A stretch of 64,000 nt of DNA from positions 169,756,001 through 169,820,000 of the forward strand of contig OZ024743.1 in NCBI GenBank assembly GCA_964016885.1, written 5' to 3'. Shown piece after piece: positions 60,670 through 64,000 of this stretch. How positions within the stretch are numbered: the first letter of the stretch is position 1; every line of letters begins with the position of its first letter. The translations under genes and the position numbers were made by a program. The notes below the pieces were generated by a model. The model had not been told where the DNA came from. It saw nothing but the letters and a program-made list of their open reading frames with translations, and did not search any database. The DNA comes from Eledone cirrhosa. Its lineage: Eukaryota.

Positions 60670-61930
60670 TTTTCATAAAATGCGTGCTGTGCTTAGTAGT
60701 GCTATATTTTGTATGATGTATATATTTGTAAGGAGTGGGGTTTTGGCTATGTATTTGTCTGTGTGTTTTTTTATCATCCCTAGAGCACCTATTATTATAG
60801 ATATTGTTTCTGTTATTATTTTCCACATTAGAGTTATTTCTATCTCTAGATCTTTGTATTTGGAGAGTTCCTCTATTTCCTTGGAAGATATATTGTTATC
60901 TCTGGAGATAGAATCATCGATTAAAAGGCATTTTTTACTTTGTGGTCTTTGACTATAATATCTGGATGCTTGGCTTTGATCTCTCTGTCAGTATGTATTG
61001 GCATATACCAGAGAATGGTTGCATTGTCATTCTCTGACACTCTTTCTGGTGTGCTTGTACCATCTTTTTTCTGTTGGTATTTCTTAATGCTGGTATAATT
61101 TCCAGTGTATGAAGGTCCCAACTCTATCATGTCTGTGGATATATTCCTTTTTGGCTAAGACTCGGCAGCCAGAGATAATATGACTAATTGTTTTTTCCCT
61201 ACTTCCACATATTCTGCAGTTACTTACTATATTCTGCTTCATTATGTACTTCAGCTGATTTCTGGTGGGGGAGGCTTTGGTCTTGTGCTACTACTAGATA
61301 TCCTTCCATCTCAGCTTTTAGTCCTGTGCTTCATAGCCAGTTTTGTGTATTTTGCTTATCTACTTCCTCTCTATTCAGCTTTTCCAGGTATTGGCCATGC
61401 AAGTGTTTTTCTTGCCATCTTTTTAACATGGCACTCTAGAGGTTTATATTCAGTTTTTCACAATTTCTGTTGGTGTTTCTTGTTTGTTTTCATTTTCCTC
61501 ACAACTATCTGTTAATCTGGTTTCTGCTTTGAATTTATCGGCCTCCTTGAAGACAGTACAATATTTTGTTTTGTTCATATTTTGTAGCTATTTCTATTAA
61601 AACTTTCCTTTATTCTTCATTAGATATGTTTGAAGTACTGCAGTAGTTATTTTATAACAGTTTTCTGTGTATTTGTGGTAATTATGTGGTTTCGACATCT
61701 AATTTTGGATTATGTATTTTAAATGCAGTCATTATTTTTCATGTTTTTCTCTCTATTCCACCCAGTTCAGAATATTAAAACTGTAGCTTGCTATTGGGAT
61801 CACTAAGGTATTGATGCTAATTTGCATTTAGTTCAGTTTTGAGTAGTAAACTAATCCGTCTGTAGTATTCCTTTCTAATCTTCACTTTCATCTATGTATA
61901 TTGAACCCTATCTAATTTGTTGATTCCTGG
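60670..61930 (-). mobile_element. R4/Dong-like retrotransposon 3' portion
   Basis: PERVSENDNATILW.MPIHTDREIKAKHPDIIV (RLE PD motif), IIIGALGMI..IQNIALL.TARIL, and upstream KEY.RR..LL / IPIASYSF remnants. Confidence 0.72.
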
Positions 61931-62084
61931 CAATCCTTTTTCATGTCGACAATATGTAGCCTTGGAAAAACGGCATCGGCAACAACATCAACTCAGAAAA
62001 TATCAACAAAACGATGAGGACACCAAAATACTATGACCCTCGTACAACTACAACACCGGGGATTTAGTAAATCATTTAAGATAT

Positions 62085-62432
62085 AACCAAAAATACACCC
62101 CATCCAACTACCCCTACCTCCACCTCCATCTACACCACCCCTTTCTCTGTAAAGTTAAGTTGGTGCCACAACATCCAGTCCTAAATAAATGAGGTCGTGT
62201 AGGTGTCACGACAAAAAAACACACAGTCCACACTGTAATGTGGCCGTGTAGGTAACACGGTAACCCCCCCAGTCCACACTGTAAACGTGGTTGGTGTTAG
62301 GAAGGGCATCCAGCCGTAGAAAACCCGCCAGACAATCCTATACGAGCAAGACAACCAATCTTGCCTCACATGGGACACTTCCCATCTAAACCCATGCTAG
62401 CGTGGAAGATAGACGATGATGATGATGATGAT
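62085..62432 (+). mobile_element. RTE LINE 3' UTR fragment
   Basis: Colinear with 20550-20890. Confidence 0.92.
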
Positions 62433-63209
62433 ATCTTAAATCATCACAACCAAAGGAAATCATTGTCACCATCATCACCACTACCATCATCTCTAACACT
62501 GTATACATGTGTTTATATATCAGGAAAAATAAAACAGCGAAGTACAACAAAATTACAAGATCATCAAAGGAAGAATATCGCCATGTTTTACTGGTGATAA
62601 ATGCAAGGAATTAGACAGGATCAACATTGATATATATTTATACCTGTTGATAATTACATTTATATTGCACACACACTATGTAAAATCTGCCTACGTGAAA
62701 ACATACACAAACACGCATTATACATTTGTATATATAAGAAAATCTGTGTATATAAATACATAACTATATTATTAACTATTGAACAATTTTATAGTCGGGC
62801 CAATTACTTGCTTGTAAATATGTGTAAAATATACACAAACTTTTGCTGGTTCGCTATCTTACACTGTACACACTGGCACATACACATACATAACATGTTT
62901 GCATGCACATCTAAATCTGCCTAAATAATACACTTGCAATAATTTTTTCCCCTGAATTATATATACACGCATACTTTCGCATGGACACGAGAATGTCTAC
63001 ATACAACATATACTCTGGTGTCTTAGCCAAAATTTGGGAGTGAGTGTGTGTGTGTTGGTGTGATATGAAGTCTAAATATACATATAGATTTCTAAGATTT
63101 TCCACTTGAACACTCCCTGTTTTTTTTTCTTTTTAGGTCCCTCTCAATGCCCCTACTCCCCCCTTTTCTTTTGTTTTGTTTCTGTTGCGTTCGGAATTGG
63201 TGTAGGTGA

Positions 63210-64000
63210 GATATGATGCCTCTTTCATATCATCACCCTATCTACTTCCCAATGATTCCAGTTTCTCTCCTCCACCTACCCACCAGTGAGGCAATCACTC
63301 TGGCCGGAGACAACCAGCCTCAACATGGTGCTCCAGTCCCCGGCTCCATGCCACACCCTCCATCCCCACCAGGGGACACCTGTAGCTCATGCACCATCAC
63401 AAATAGGCGGGAGAAAGGCCGGAATTGTTCGGGGTACAGCTGTTTCCACCACCTTTCTTGTGTTGGCCAGGTGTATTGAGCCTCCAGTGTCCTCACTGCA
63501 AGGAGATGCAGCAACTGTCTCTTCCTCTCATCTGCACAGCTGCAACCATCCACTACACCACTAGATGAGACAGCGAGCTTGACTGATGCTCAAGCCTCAT
63601 TGGTCAATATCACTTGGCTCAGGCAGCTCCAGAAGATCCCGCTCAAGATCCTGAAAGCAGCCTGAGAGGGCCCTGGGCTCTAATCGAGCCAGCGATTGGG
63701 AGCACCCCCTCTATTTTGCCCTCAGCCTCTCCAACTCTGGTGTTGACTGAGGCAGCCTGTTGACAGCAGTTTTCATCAAGGCAAATGCGTATCCCAAGTG
63801 TGCTCAAGGATGCCACATCCGCTGCTCTCAGGTGCCCTCAATCCTCCACCTCAAAGTGTTGCTATCCCTCCTATCAGCTGAACCTGGGTGCCACCTCCTG
63901 AGTGCGATTGTGGCACTCATCAACAAGTTAATCTACGGTGCCCTGGATCCTTATGCCCGAGCTCAGCTTGACCGCTCTCAGGAAGAAAGAGAGTGGCATA
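63210..64000 (+). mobile_element. CRE-like retrotransposon 5' portion, degenerate, running off the window
   Basis: GC-rich. Ends with LLSAIVALINKLIYG..LTALRKKESGI, resembling the CRE RT start L.AL.KKDGGIRPIA. Cys/His cluster upstream. Confidence 0.55.

Overview
Repeat-dense eukaryotic genomic DNA, AT-rich and full of microsatellites. It is probably from an octopod cephalopod; this is inferred from the SINE families as I recall them and was not checked against a database. There is no intact protein-coding gene, rRNA, clearly functional tRNA or CRISPR array. Most of the window is nested, decayed transposons: an abundant RTE-clade LINE family, a GC-rich BovB-like RTE, Tx1/L1-clade LINEs (one near full length), R4/Dong-like and CRE-like fragments, Penelope-like fragments, autonomous and non-autonomous Helitrons, and Merlin, hAT/hATm and piggyBac-type DNA elements, plus several tRNA-derived SINE families. 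Two small, phase-compatible minus-strand exon candidates suggest the region may be intronic. Highlights: (1) a complete C4HC3 PHD finger inserted inside the RT of the dominant RTE family; (2) a young SINE whose 3' tail matches the 3' end of the local Tx1 LINE, with both landing in ATT repeats; (3) a head-to-tail train of three Helitrons, one carrying a near-intact minimal hammerhead ribozyme; (4) several long inverted repeats. Boundaries were read by eye and are approximate unless termini or TSDs are quoted.
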